Below are positions 41,257 to 51,012 of a stretch of 64,000 nt of DNA, in pieces. Numbering within the stretch: position 1 is the stretch's first letter; each line of letters opens with the position of its first letter. Source of the stretch: Candidatus Hydrogenedentota bacterium (lineage in GTDB: Bacteria > Hydrogenedentota > Hydrogenedentia > Hydrogenedentales > SLHB01); assembly GCA_963745075.1 (NCBI GenBank), contig CAVUWV010000010.1, positions 256,001 to 320,000 on the forward strand. Direction: 5' to 3'. A program made the position numbers and the translations under genes. The notes beneath the pieces are model-generated. The model did not search any database, had not been told where the DNA came from, and saw only the letters and a program-made list of their open reading frames with translations.

Positions 41257-41796
41257 TCATCGTCGGTCATCGCCTTTGTGGAACCCGATTTGCCGTTTCT
41301 TCGGCACTGCTTGGGGTGCCATGAGTTGACGTATCGCGGCGATGAGCGCGTGAATTTCCTGGTCGTGGCTGGCGAGTTTGCGCTCGATCCGTGCAAGTTT
41401 CTCGTTGATCTGCTTGTTCGCCGTAACCACTTCCCGGAGTTGCACGAACGCGCGCACGACAAACACGCTGACCTCTACCGCGCGCGGGGAATTGAGGACG
41501 CTTGCCGCCATGATCGCGCCATGTTCCGTGTAGGCATACGGAAGGTTCGGCGAATACTTAATCCGCGCAAGGTGGTCACAATTCGTGACCACCTCCTGCT
41601 TCTCCTCGGCCGTAAGTTGAAACGTGAAGTCCTCTGGAAACCGGTCTTGGTTCCGTTTCGCGGCCTGATTCAGGGCTTTGGTTGTAACGTCATACAATTG
41701 TGCGAGGTCGGCGTCGATGAGGACTTTTTTGCCCCGGATTAAGAGGATACGACTCGCAACTTTGTCAGTTTGTACCAACAATTCGTCCGCTGTCAC
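41257..41796 (-). CDS. ORF6N domain-containing DNA-binding protein
   Basis: IRGKKVLIDADLAQLYDV, RNQDRFPEDFTFQL, PYAYTEHG, VVRAFVQLR, C-terminal KRQIGF; GTG start after GGAGG. Confidence 0.92.
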   Translation of the reverse strand: MTADELLVQTDKVASRILLIRGKKVLIDADLAQLYDVTTKALNQAAKRNQDRFPEDFTFQLTAEEKQEVVTNCDHLARIKYSPNLPYAYTEHGAIMAASVLNSPRAVEVSVFVVRAFVQLREVVTANKQINEKLARIERKLASHDQEIHALIAAIRQLMAPQAVPKKRQIGFHKGDDRR

Positions 41797-41818
41797 ACCA
41801 TAACCTCCCTCCTGATAA

Positions 41819-41989
41819 TTACTTACCAAGGTGGTCACTATTTGTGACCACCTTGGGGAAGACTAAGGGAGCAAACGAAATAGACCGCGCTCCTGCCATG
41901 TCCGCAACGACCCATAAGACATCTTGACCGTTGGCTTGCAGAGCCTCAACCGCGCAGAGTGGATAATTCTCGTTCGCCAGGAGTTTCAT
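41819..41989 (-). pseudogene. Truncated DUF5615 PIN-like toxin
   Basis: ATGA overlap with DUF433; MKLLANENYP...ALQANGQDVLWV matches the DUF5615 N-terminus, and similarity ends after about 35 codons. Confidence 0.75.
41826..41856. promoter_or_regulatory. Palindrome upstream of ORF6N (candidate operator)
   Basis: ccaaggtggtcac-N5-gtgaccaccttgg; a near-identical copy lies inside ORF6N at 41568-41594. Confidence 0.55.
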
Positions 41990-42216
41990 GGGTGAACGAG
42001 ATATACCTTCTCCGACTTGAGCTCGTCACTTGCGTAACGCAAACACGCGAGCACGTCTTCGTGGGTGACGCCAGGATAGTCTTCGAGGATTTGCTGCTCA
42101 GACCAACCCTCGGCGAGCAGGCCGACCACGAATTGGACGGATAAACGCGTTCCCCGGATAACCGGTTTGCCGACGAGTACCTTCGGATCGATGACGATTC
42201 TATCTTCCAAATTCAT
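41986..42216 (-). CDS. DUF433 family antitoxin
   Basis: RIVIDPKVLVGKPVIRGTRLSV...ILEDYP...DVLACLRYA. Confidence 0.93.
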   Translation of the reverse strand: MNLEDRIVIDPKVLVGKPVIRGTRLSVQFVVGLLAEGWSEQQILEDYPGVTHEDVLACLRYASDELKSEKVYLVHP

Positions 42217-42413
42217 TGCAGATTCTCCGCCCAGTCGCGGGGACCATCCAGGTTGAGTGAACGGGCGGTGTGCAGGAACGACTCCGTCGTTTGCGGAGCC
42301 GGTTCGACGGTTTCGATAGTAATTCGCACGCGGGTGTTGGGCTTCAAGACCAACGGCGATTCAGGGCGGAGGGCTTCCCCGTCATAAATAGCATCGACCG
42401 TCGTACCCATCAT
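42213..42413 (-). CDS. DUF104/AF2212-like antitoxin family protein
   Basis: TVDAIYDGEALRPESPLVLKPNTRVRITI; ATGA overlap with DUF433. Confidence 0.82.
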   Translation of the reverse strand: MMGTTVDAIYDGEALRPESPLVLKPNTRVRITIETVEPAPQTTESFLHTARSLNLDGPRDWAENLQ

Positions 42414-42545
42414 AGGTCTCCAAATTGGTTCGTGTATTTAGTATAGCAGATCCCGAGTTTCCAGTCAGCGGGCCAGTTACCCACTATTCTGGTCATAGGT
42501 TTCGATGTCGCGAGATCTCGCCGGCGCGTCTGTCCCCAAAAGCTT

Positions 42546-43073
42546 TCACTTTCGGAGCACGGGCCCGTACCACTCGATTTCAAGTTCCGGGACCGCACCC
42601 GCGACAACGTCCGTGTACGCTACCGGTTCCACTTTCCGGATGCGCACCAGGTAGAACTCCCCGCTGTGCGCCTTTGCCCAGAACGCGAGGCCTTCCTTGC
42701 TTTCGTTGAGCGGGGTGATGCCGCGGACCGGCTTGGCGTTCTTTGGCGGGGGGGTGAGGTCCATCAGCTCGCTCCACGACTTCTGTCCGATGGGATACAG
42801 CAGGCCGACGGCTTTCGCGGTCTCACTGATAAGGGCGCCGTGAGCGCAATCGCCCTTGTCGAAGTAATAGACCAGGTTGACCGGGTCCGGATCGGAGATG
42901 GGCGGGGACAACATCCCTTTCTGGAACGAGTAAAACCCAATGAAACTGCGGGTCTTCCACGGGTACTCGCAGCGCAGCGTCGCTCGCTGCACATCCTGCA
43001 CTTCTTGTACGGTAGCGCACCCGGCCAGAAGGAGCGCCAAAACGGGGGCAAGAAGTAAATAACCACATTTCAT
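42546..43073 (-). CDS. Hypothetical lipoprotein
   Basis: Lipobox LLAG-C after a hydrophobic signal; GGAGG RBS. Confidence 0.75.
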   Translation of the reverse strand: MKCGYLLLAPVLALLLAGCATVQEVQDVQRATLRCEYPWKTRSFIGFYSFQKGMLSPPISDPDPVNLVYYFDKGDCAHGALISETAKAVGLLYPIGQKSWSELMDLTPPPKNAKPVRGITPLNESKEGLAFWAKAHSGEFYLVRIRKVEPVAYTDVVAGAVPELEIEWYGPVLRK

Positions 43074-43327
43074 CGGTTCACCCTCCGATGTCGTCTCGCC
43101 GGTGCGTGGCGTTCCCAGGGAATCGCGAACGAAAAATCACCTTATGAGAATTGAAAGTCTCATTTCCATCGCGTCACGTAAGGAATGCGTTTTTGCGCCA
43201 CTGACACGGAGAATTCCGGGCTAGAGGATACCTTGCAGAATTCCAGCGGGCGTTGCGATTCTGCAGAGCCGTACGCAACTCACCGTCGTATTTCGTTCGG
43301 GAGTCTTGGCCGGGTCTGGAAGGTCTT

Positions 43328-44267
43328 TCACTTCGTGCTAAAAGCACTCAGTTCCACGGGGACCGTCGTCGACTGCGAAGCGATACGTACGATATCCCTG
43401 GAGCGGTCGAGTGAGCCACCCGAGAACGATCGCACCAACGTTCCAGAAGGGGTGATCTCAATGCCGTCGCCGGAATAGTCGGCGATAAGGAGGTTGCCGG
43501 TGGATGGGTCGAATGACAACCCTGCGGCCCCCAACATTCCTGGTGTATTGACCCTATCGACATATATGGGTAGGGTTCCGGATATGTCGAACTTCGCGAT
43601 CGCGTAGCTACCTCCGAAATAATCGCCCACGTACAAGACTTTGTTGGCCTCGTCAATAGCCATGTCGGACGCCTTGCTAATCACCGAATTGATGTCGGTA
43701 CTGCCGACCAGTGTCCCATTCGATCGGAATTTGAAAATCACGTTGTCCACCCCGGCACCTGTGCTGTTTACGATGTATACGTTTCCCGATGCGTCCGCAT
43801 CGATGCCGCTCGGAAACACCAACGTCGAATCCGAGAACGACTCCGACAATAGTGCTCCTGACGTATATCGAAGGCTGGTGCGAGGATTTGAGGAATACCC
43901 GGTGGGACATATATAAACGTTTCCTGCGGCGTCCACTTCAATCTGATTGATAGCGATCGGTCCCACCGATCCCATCGATGCGGCGGCAACCGTTACAAAC
44001 GTGCCGATGTTGACGTTTGATGTGTTGTATATTAATACGTCCAGGGTGCTGTGAGTGCCAACCAACACATGTACACCGTCGGTCGTGGCGGATGTGACCT
44101 TGCTCGACGATGGCGACGTTTCGTTCATATACGAGCCGGTCGTGGTGAACGAGTAGGTTTTGTAATTGGAGCTGGCATCTTGTCCGGTGACGAATACTTC
44201 GTTTGCCGCAAACGCACCTGGATTCAGTACGACCATACAGAGCATTGCCCGCGAGAGCGTCGTCATG
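43328..44267 (-). CDS. Secreted beta-propeller protein with a C-terminal VPVELSAF motif
   Basis: Signal peptide, DASGNVYI-type blades, terminal TTVPVELSAFSTK; start approximate. Confidence 0.78.
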
Positions 44268-44348
44268 ATTTTCCCTCCCCAAAATATTCGTGGCCAAAAG
44301 ACGAACGCAGACATTCCCTACTTAGGCCCCCGCCGTAGGAATTACTGT

Positions 44349-44378
44349 AGTGTAAGCGCAGGTATTTGGCTGTGTCAA
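44349..44378 (-). promoter_or_regulatory. Putative sigma-70 promoter
   Basis: Minus strand TTGACA-N18-TACACT upstream of the 43328-44267 gene. Confidence 0.5.
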
Positions 44379-44550
44379 GCTCATATTTTTTGGCAAATGC
44401 GTGCCTTCGTTGACGCGCCCCCCCCGTTTCCATTTGGCACTTCCCCCCTGAAACTCGTATACTGCGGTTTCCCTATGCTTGAGGGACCGTGAAAATCGAT
44501 TCCGCGAAGGAATCTTCGACAACCACCAAATCTCCGGGAGGACTATTGGT

Positions 44551-45945
44551 ATGAGTGACAGTAGCTTTACGCGTCGGGCATTTCTTGCCGCTACGACGAC
44601 CACGGCAGCCCTGACGTTTACGGGCGCCGCGGCAAAACCGAACACGGCCGAAGTCGTGCCGGGCAAGAAATCTCCGAACGAGAAACTGAACGTGGCCGCC
44701 ATCGGCGCGGGCGGCAAAGGGCTTGGCGACATCATGAACTTTGCCACCGAGAACGTCGTCGCCCTGTGCGACGTCGACTGGAAACGGGCCGAAGAGGCGA
44801 CCTACCGTCTGCCTAATGCGAAACGGTTCAATGACTATCGCAATATGTTGGACCAGATGCCGGAAATCGACGCGCTCAACGTGTCCACCCCCGACCACAC
44901 CCATGCGCCGGCCGCGTACATGGCCATGAAGCTGGGCAAGCACGTCTACGTGCAGAAGCCGTTGACGCATACCGTCGCGGAAGCCCGCCTCCTGACCAAC
45001 ACGGCCCGCGAAATGAAGGTCATGACGCAGATGGGCAACCAGGGCCACTCCGGCGACGGCGCCCGACACGTCTGCGAAATGGTCTGGTCCGGCGCCATCG
45101 GTCCCGTGCGCGAGGCGCATGTCTGGACGCACCGCCCCGTGTGGGACAACCAGGGCCGTCCCGATCCGCTTCCGCCCGAGGTCACGCCGGAAGGCATGGA
45201 CTGGGATCGCTGGATCGGCACCGCGCCGTGGCGTCCTTACGACCACAAGTATGCGCCCCACGACTGGCGCGCCTGGCAGGATTTCGGTAGCGGCTGCCTG
45301 GGCGACATGGCCTGCCACATCATGGACCCCGTCTTTTGGGCATTGAAACTGGTCGAGTCGTCCGACTATACGGTCGAAATGGTCATGCAGGAAGGCAGCA
45401 ACGAGGAAACGTTCCCGCTGGTTACCACGATCAAGTACGCGTTCCCTGCGCGTGGAGACATGCCGCCGGTGGACGTCTACTGGTACGATGGCCATTGGGA
45501 CAGCGCGGACGGCACGAAGAAATACAACCGGCCCAAGCGTCCCGCCGGCATCCCCGAGGACTGCGTCCTCGGCGATGACAATCTGAACGGTTCCTTCCTG
45601 ATCGGCGACACCGGCATCCTGACCTGCGGCGAATACGGCGGTAACCCGCGCCTGGTGCCCGATGAGAAGATGACGGACTACAAGTATCCGGATCCGGTCA
45701 TTCCGCGCATTCCGGACGAGGACCACTACCAGAACTGGATTCACGCCTGCAAGACCGGTGAACCGGCCTGTTCCAACTTCGATTACTCGGGTCCCTTCGC
45801 CGAGATGGTTCAGTTCGGCAACCTCGTCGTGAAGTCCGGCCAGAAACTTCACTGGGACAACAAGAAGGGCGTTGTAACCAACGTCTCGAACCCCGCGGAA
45901 GTGGTCAGCAAAGAGTACCGCAAAGGCTGGGAGTTGCCCTGCTAA
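44551..45945 (+). CDS. Gfo/Idh/MocA family oxidoreductase, Tat-exported
   Basis: TRRAFL, IGAGGKG, STPDHTH, YVQKPL, QMGNQG, LGDMACH. Confidence 0.95.
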   Translation: MSDSSFTRRAFLAATTTTAALTFTGAAAKPNTAEVVPGKKSPNEKLNVAAIGAGGKGLGDIMNFATENVVALCDVDWKRAEEATYRLPNAKRFNDYRNMLDQMPEIDALNVSTPDHTHAPAAYMAMKLGKHVYVQKPLTHTVAEARLLTNTAREMKVMTQMGNQGHSGDGARHVCEMVWSGAIGPVREAHVWTHRPVWDNQGRPDPLPPEVTPEGMDWDRWIGTAPWRPYDHKYAPHDWRAWQDFGSGCLGDMACHIMDPVFWALKLVESSDYTVEMVMQEGSNEETFPLVTTIKYAFPARGDMPPVDVYWYDGHWDSADGTKKYNRPKRPAGIPEDCVLGDDNLNGSFLIGDTGILTCGEYGGNPRLVPDEKMTDYKYPDPVIPRIPDEDHYQNWIHACKTGEPACSNFDYSGPFAEMVQFGNLVVKSGQKLHWDNKKGVVTNVSNPAEVVSKEYRKGWELPC

Positions 45946-45964
45946 CGCGGCACATAGACGAATA

Positions 45965-46002
45965 ACGGCCCCCGGTCGATTGACCGATCGACCGGGGGCC
46001 GT
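45965..46002. terminator. Bidirectional terminator-like hairpin
   Basis: 16-bp perfect stem acggcccccggtcgat/atcgaccgggggccgt between convergent genes. Confidence 0.75.
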
Positions 46003-46047
46003 CTTCATTCTATGTTCGTGTTCGTCCGTGCAGGTCCGTGTCAGCCG

Positions 46048-46509
46048 TTACCCTTCGCCCCGGACCTCTTTCAACACCTTCATCTTCGCGTCGATCAGGA
46101 TTGGATGCTTCAGATTCATGAGCCGGGCGAGCTTGTGCACGAGAAAATCCTCGTGGCCGTCCAACACGTTATCCGCATAAATGAGGCGCCAGACCTCCTC
46201 GATGATTTGGATCTTCTCCTCATTCGAGCAGGCTTGGTTAATCTGGTTTGTGAATTTCCAGAGGTCGAAACTCTCTTCCCGTCGCTCCTGGGCAACGTGA
46301 ATCAGTTCTTCCGCTTCTTCCTGCGTAAGCTTAAACCGTTCGCGCAGGGCGGTGATGATGTATTCACACTCCACGGGCGAGAACTCGTCATCCGCACCGG
46401 CGACTTCCAGCAGAATTGCGCAGGTCGCGAGCCGCAGTTTCTCATCCGGATCGGTATCCTCGGGTGCAGCTTCGTCCACCGAGAATAATTTGAATAATCG
46501 TTCTAACAT
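46048..46509 (-). CDS. TerB family tellurite-resistance-like protein
   Basis: LLEVAGADDEFSPVE...VWRLIYADNVLDGHE...KLARLM. Confidence 0.88.
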   Translation of the reverse strand: MLERLFKLFSVDEAAPEDTDPDEKLRLATCAILLEVAGADDEFSPVECEYIITALRERFKLTQEEAEELIHVAQERREESFDLWKFTNQINQACSNEEKIQIIEEVWRLIYADNVLDGHEDFLVHKLARLMNLKHPILIDAKMKVLKEVRGEG

Positions 46510-46586
46510 ATCACGTCCTTTCGATTCCGATGGTATCATGATGAGCGAAATTGATTCCAAATCGGCTACCGGAGGATTTGCGCCCC

Positions 46587-47156
46587 ATGCGTGCCTTCAT
46601 TGCAATCGAATTGCCCGATTCCGTTCGCGTTCCACTAGGGGAACTGGTTTCGCGTTTGAAGAAGACCGGCGTACGAGCATCCTGGGTCTGCTCCGACCGC
46701 ATGCACCTGACCCTGCGATTCCTGGGTGACGTCACAGAAGGACACGTTGCCGCACTATCCGAGTCGATGAGCGAAGCATGTCACGACGCGAGCGCGTTTT
46801 CCTTAGCCTGCGAGGTACTCGGCGCGTTTCCCAACCTCCGGAAACCCGGTGTAGTCTGGGCGGGCATCGCGCCCCTCGAACCCGATCTTGCGCGTATACA
46901 GTCCGCCGCAGACCACAGCGCCGTGGCGTGCGGCCTCTCACCGGAGACCAAGCGGTTTCACCCCCACATCACGCTTGCGCGAATCAAAGACCCGAGAAAT
47001 GCATCGGCCTTGGCTCGCGCGGTAGAATTGGAAGGAGACTTTGCTGCGGGTGCATTCGCGGTTCCCCATGTGTCATTATTCTCCAGTGAGTTAACGCCGC
47101 GCGGGCCCGTCTACACTCGCATCCGCGAATTCCCATTGAAACGAGTGGAACCGTGA
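46587..47156 (+). CDS. thpR: RNA 2',3'-cyclic phosphodiesterase (2H family)
   Basis: MRAFIAI and two HxT motifs (HLTLRFLG, PHITLAR). Confidence 0.93.
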   Translation: MRAFIAIELPDSVRVPLGELVSRLKKTGVRASWVCSDRMHLTLRFLGDVTEGHVAALSESMSEACHDASAFSLACEVLGAFPNLRKPGVVWAGIAPLEPDLARIQSAADHSAVACGLSPETKRFHPHITLARIKDPRNASALARAVELEGDFAAGAFAVPHVSLFSSELTPRGPVYTRIREFPLKRVEP

Positions 47157-47431
47157 TCGAAAAAAATGTCATCGAGAGTGTATGTACGTTTTACATGCTC
47201 CTGATTCTGGTGCGATGGTTCGCCCCGTTCCTGGAATTGAACATGCACGACGTCCGGTACCGGTGGATTGGCCGCGTGGTCGATCCCCTCGTCGGCGGCG
47301 TCAGGCGGATTCTCCCGAATTTGGGTCCCATGGATTTTGGGCCCCTCGCGACCCTTTTCATCGTATGGATTGTGCGCGAGGTCGCACTCGGGATGTTGCA
47401 AGGAGGGGGCCTTCGCGCCGTTGGGGGATGA
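47153..47431 (+). CDS. YggT family membrane protein
   Basis: DPL...RRILP..GPMDFGP motif between two hydrophobic helices. Confidence 0.85.
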   Translation: MIEKNVIESVCTFYMLLILVRWFAPFLELNMHDVRYRWIGRVVDPLVGGVRRILPNLGPMDFGPLATLFIVWIVREVALGMLQGGGLRAVGG

Positions 47432-47434
47432 GCC

Positions 47435-48127
47435 ATGTTGTTCCGCCGGCCGAAACAACCGTCCGGACCGCCGCCGGGGAGTGAAGAGGATTTCGCTCTC
47501 CAACGGGATCGGATGGTCGATAATCAGTTGGCAGCACGCAACATAAGCGATCCGCACGTGTTGGCAGCCATGCGCGCCGTCCCGCGCCACCGCTTTGTCC
47601 CCGATACGTTGCGCGAACATGCCTACGAAGACCGCCCGCTCGAAATCGGCCACGGTCAGACGATATCGCAGCCTTACATGGTTGCGCTCATGACCCAGTT
47701 GCTCCAGTTGCGGCCCACAGACCACGTGCTCGAAGTCGGCACGGGTTCCGGGTATCAAGCCGCGATCCTGGCCACCATCGCGCAAACCGTGGTGACGGTT
47801 GAACGTATCGAGGAAATCGGCGCCGCGACGGCGGAGCGTCTCGAAGCGTTGCACTACGCGAACGTCGAGGTGCATATCGGCGACGGCACCAAAGGCTGGT
47901 TCGATCGCGCGCCGTACGACGCCATCCTGGTCACCGCCGGGAGTCCCTCGGTGCCCTACCCGCTCAAAACGCAATTGGCGGAAGGCGGACGTCTCATCTG
48001 CCCCGTCGGACCCCGCGAAATGCAGCGGCTGATCCGCATCACGCGCGACGCGGACGGGTTTCACGAGGAGGAAGGAATCGGGTGCGTGTTTGTGCCGCTG
48101 ATCGGCGACGAAGGATGGACGCTGTAA
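47435..48127 (+). CDS. pcm: Protein-L-isoaspartate O-methyltransferase
   Basis: VPRHRFVP, QTISQPYMVA, VLEVGTGSGYQAA, APYDAILVTA, FVPLIG. Confidence 0.96.
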   Translation: MLFRRPKQPSGPPPGSEEDFALQRDRMVDNQLAARNISDPHVLAAMRAVPRHRFVPDTLREHAYEDRPLEIGHGQTISQPYMVALMTQLLQLRPTDHVLEVGTGSGYQAAILATIAQTVVTVERIEEIGAATAERLEALHYANVEVHIGDGTKGWFDRAPYDAILVTAGSPSVPYPLKTQLAEGGRLICPVGPREMQRLIRITRDADGFHEEEGIGCVFVPLIGDEGWTL

Positions 48128-48212
48128 GGCATGAGCGGCGACGACGGTCGGACCATCCGTCATCTCGCGGAAAGGCCCCGGCCAAACCCTACGGGTACCG
48201 CCCCGCGATCGA

Positions 48213-48620
48213 TCAGCTTGTTGCGTAAGGAAGCGCTCCGCTTCCGAGTATACGCGTCACGGCCGCACGGATCTCAGCGGGCTTCATTCCCACGGCCACA
48301 CATTCGCCGACCGCTTCCTGAAGATGGCCGTCCACCATCTGCATAGCCTTCGCATGGGCGATTTTGTAGGCCTTATCCGTGATCGTCACGCCGATACCCC
48401 GGCGGGTATTCACAATGCCCATCAATTCCAGGTCGCGATAGGCTTTGATGACGGTGTTGGTGTTAACGTTAAGCATTCCAGACATATCCCGCGCTGAAGG
48501 GGCCCGGTCGCCTGCCACCAGCCGCTTGGAAGCCACGGCGAACATCACCTGATTCTCAATCTGCACGTAGACCGCAATGGGACTGTCAATATTCACCGAG
48601 TACTGCAATTCGTCCTGCAT
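48213..48620 (-). CDS. GntR (YtrA-like) transcriptional regulator
   Basis: VYVQI, PSAR, VNTNTVIKAYRDLE, RRGIG. Confidence 0.9.
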   Translation of the reverse strand: MQDELQYSVNIDSPIAVYVQIENQVMFAVASKRLVAGDRAPSARDMSGMLNVNTNTVIKAYRDLELMGIVNTRRGIGVTITDKAYKIAHAKAMQMVDGHLQEAVGECVAVGMKPAEIRAAVTRILGSGALPYATS

Positions 48621-48830
48621 ACATTCCACCTCTATGTGCTTCTGCCTTTTTGCTTTAGTCGACCCCCTCAGGCCGAAGAATTGCACGCGATCATAAAACA
48701 CGATTACCCAAAAAGCAAGCGTAGCGCTACACCGTTAGACGGGTTTAAGTTTGAATCCTAGAAAAGACGGAAATCAGTGCAAATCAATTACTTGTTAGGG
48801 CAAAGCCCACAGGATCAGCTATTGCTACCT

Positions 48831-49706
48831 TCAATACGGCGCGGAAATGGCTTCGAAGTGCATTCCATTGAAATCGTGCAGCATGACATCGTCCGTTACG
48901 CCGCGTTTACCGATTCGACCTGCGTACAGCCGGCCCTGGCTGGCCCAAACGAGCCGGCCCCCGTCCAGGTCGGCCCATTCCCAGTCGCGACAGTGGATCG
49001 GTTCGTCCAATTCCGGATGCTCCAATTCGTGTTCGTCGAAGTAGCAGCCGCGGCCTGGACGAGAGCAGGTGGCATACGCAAGTTTTCGCAGGATCCAGCC
49101 GTGGGGGAGCGGTTTCTCGAACACGGCACCGACATGGCACGGCAGCGATTCACGGTTGAGCGTGTGGAACTTCCATTCCCCGTCTACGATGCGACGATGT
49201 TTCTCGCAGGCAGTCATGGTCCAGCCATCACGCATCAACTGGTGGTAGTACACCCCCGGGCATTCGCCTCCGAAATAGCAGTCAAAAGGGTAGGTCTCCC
49301 TTCGAGTGAGGGAAGTTGGGATTCGTTCTTCCCGAATGCCACATGGCGCATTCAGCCAATACTCTTTCTTTGACATAAACAGCCCTCCGCCGTTCCAGCA
49401 GTCGCCTTTGGGCCAGAACCCGACCGCCTTCAGATACGGCGCACGTGAAAGCGCCGTCCAGGACCCTTTCGACTCTGCATGCCACTTGCCGTTCATGGCA
49501 AAGTAAAGGAAGTAGCGTCCGTCCGGCGAAATGTCGCTACGGCGTTCGTAAATCCGCCCGCGTAACCACTGGCCGAGGGTGAACGTGTCGTTCGCGCGGT
49601 CCCAGCCAATGGTCGCTACGGACTTCGACGGTCCACGCCGGATGACGACGGCATCGCGAGACTCGCGCGCCATCAGTACGTGAATTCGTGCGGGATAAAA
49701 GCCCAT
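48831..49706 (-). CDS. Hypothetical protein (Trp/Gly-rich)
   Basis: About 290-aa ORF with GAGG RBS; RRGPSK, GQWLRGRIYERRSD, WEWAD; function unknown. Confidence 0.75.
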   Translation of the reverse strand: MGFYPARIHVLMARESRDAVVIRRGPSKSVATIGWDRANDTFTLGQWLRGRIYERRSDISPDGRYFLYFAMNGKWHAESKGSWTALSRAPYLKAVGFWPKGDCWNGGGLFMSKKEYWLNAPCGIREERIPTSLTRRETYPFDCYFGGECPGVYYHQLMRDGWTMTACEKHRRIVDGEWKFHTLNRESLPCHVGAVFEKPLPHGWILRKLAYATCSRPGRGCYFDEHELEHPELDEPIHCRDWEWADLDGGRLVWASQGRLYAGRIGKRGVTDDVMLHDFNGMHFEAISAPY

Positions 49707-49723
49707 GCCTTCCTCTTTGGAAA

Positions 49724-49836
49724 AAATGGGGACAGTAACCATTTATTCAACGAAGGTTATTGACTAGCGACGAGTATCTCGACTGAAAAAATGGTTACTG
49801 TACCCATTTGTCCCCATTTTTCCCGCATTTTTCCCG
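49724..49836. repeat. REPIN-like element family E (GGGGACAG type)
   Basis: aaatggggacagtaaccattt (49724-49744) and aaatggttactgtacccattt (49789-49809), followed by reiterated cccattttt-like ends; a related pair lies at about 27467-27524. Confidence 0.75.
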
Positions 49837-49930
49837 ATTCGACAAGCCTAACCTATACTAGCGATAATACCGGGCAAGGCTGCCGGGTTTCGAAATCAGT
49901 GCGATTGTACCGGCATCAATCGAGGGCAAC

Positions 49931-51004
49931 GTGACGCAAGTACGCGACAAAAACGGCAAAACGGCCATACCCGCCATGGAGCGGGATTCCGAATTGCCGG
50001 TCCTGGACCGGCGAGCACGGCCCGTCCGCGATTTGCGCATCTCGGTAACCGACAAGTGCAACTTCCGGTGCCCCTATTGCATGCCCGCCGACCGCTACGG
50101 CGCCAATTACCGCTTCTTAAACCGCCGCGACCTGCTGACGTTCGAAGAGATTAGCAGAATCGCCGGGTCCTTCGTCCGTCTCGGCGTCACCAAATTGCGT
50201 TTGACCGGTGGTGAGCCACTGCTGCGCAAAGATCTGCCTCTTCTGGTCGAGATGCTGGCCGGGATCGACGGCGTGGAAGACCTCGCATTGACGACGAACG
50301 GGGCGCTGCTGCACGACCGTGCCGACGTGCTGCGCCGGGCCGGTCTCCACCGGGTCACGGTTAGCCTCGACTCGCTCGACCCCGGAGTTTTCCGGCAGAT
50401 GAGCGGGCAGCAAGACGGACCCGATGCGGTGCTGGCCGGCATCGAGAAGGCCGCGCACGTGGGACTGCGTCCTGTCAAGATCAACGTGGTGGTGCAACGG
50501 GGGGTAAACGACGATACCGTACTCGACATGGCCGAACGGTTTCGCGGGACCGGCCACGTGGTGCGTTTCATCGAATACATGGATGTCGGAAACTGCAACG
50601 GCTGGCGTAAAGAGGATGTGGTGCCGTCCCGGGAACTGGTCGCGCGGATTGCGTCCCGCTACCCCTTGGAACCCGTTGACCGCGACCACCCCGGCGAAGT
50701 GGCCGCGCGCTACCGCTATGTGGACGGAGCGGGGGAGATCGGGTTTATCTCGTCCGTAAGCGCCCCCTTCTGTGGGGCCTGTACTCGCGCGCGTTTGTCC
50801 GCCGACGGGAAGTTGTTCCTCTGCCTCTTCGCCGAAGACGGAGTCGATCTGCGCGGCCCTTTGCGGGATGGCGCGGATGAGACTGAACTGGGCGAACTGA
50901 TTGCCGCTACGTGGCGAGCACGCGACGACCGGTATTCGGAACTTCGCAACGGAATGTCTGATTCGTCCACGCGGAAGGTGGAGATGTACCATATTGGAGG
51001 ATAG
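49931..51004 (+). CDS. moaA: GTP 3',8-cyclase
   Basis: LRISVTDKCNFRCPYC, RLTGGEP, FCGACTRARL, C-terminal IGG. Confidence 0.97.
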   Translation: MTQVRDKNGKTAIPAMERDSELPVLDRRARPVRDLRISVTDKCNFRCPYCMPADRYGANYRFLNRRDLLTFEEISRIAGSFVRLGVTKLRLTGGEPLLRKDLPLLVEMLAGIDGVEDLALTTNGALLHDRADVLRRAGLHRVTVSLDSLDPGVFRQMSGQQDGPDAVLAGIEKAAHVGLRPVKINVVVQRGVNDDTVLDMAERFRGTGHVVRFIEYMDVGNCNGWRKEDVVPSRELVARIASRYPLEPVDRDHPGEVAARYRYVDGAGEIGFISSVSAPFCGACTRARLSADGKLFLCLFAEDGVDLRGPLRDGADETELGELIAATWRARDDRYSELRNGMSDSSTRKVEMYHIGG

Positions 51005-51012
51005 TCAGAATC

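Noticed and set aside
49840..49930. Moco riboswitch upstream of moaA
   Set aside because: The leader is short and shows no recognisable motif; the upstream structure is a REP doublet.
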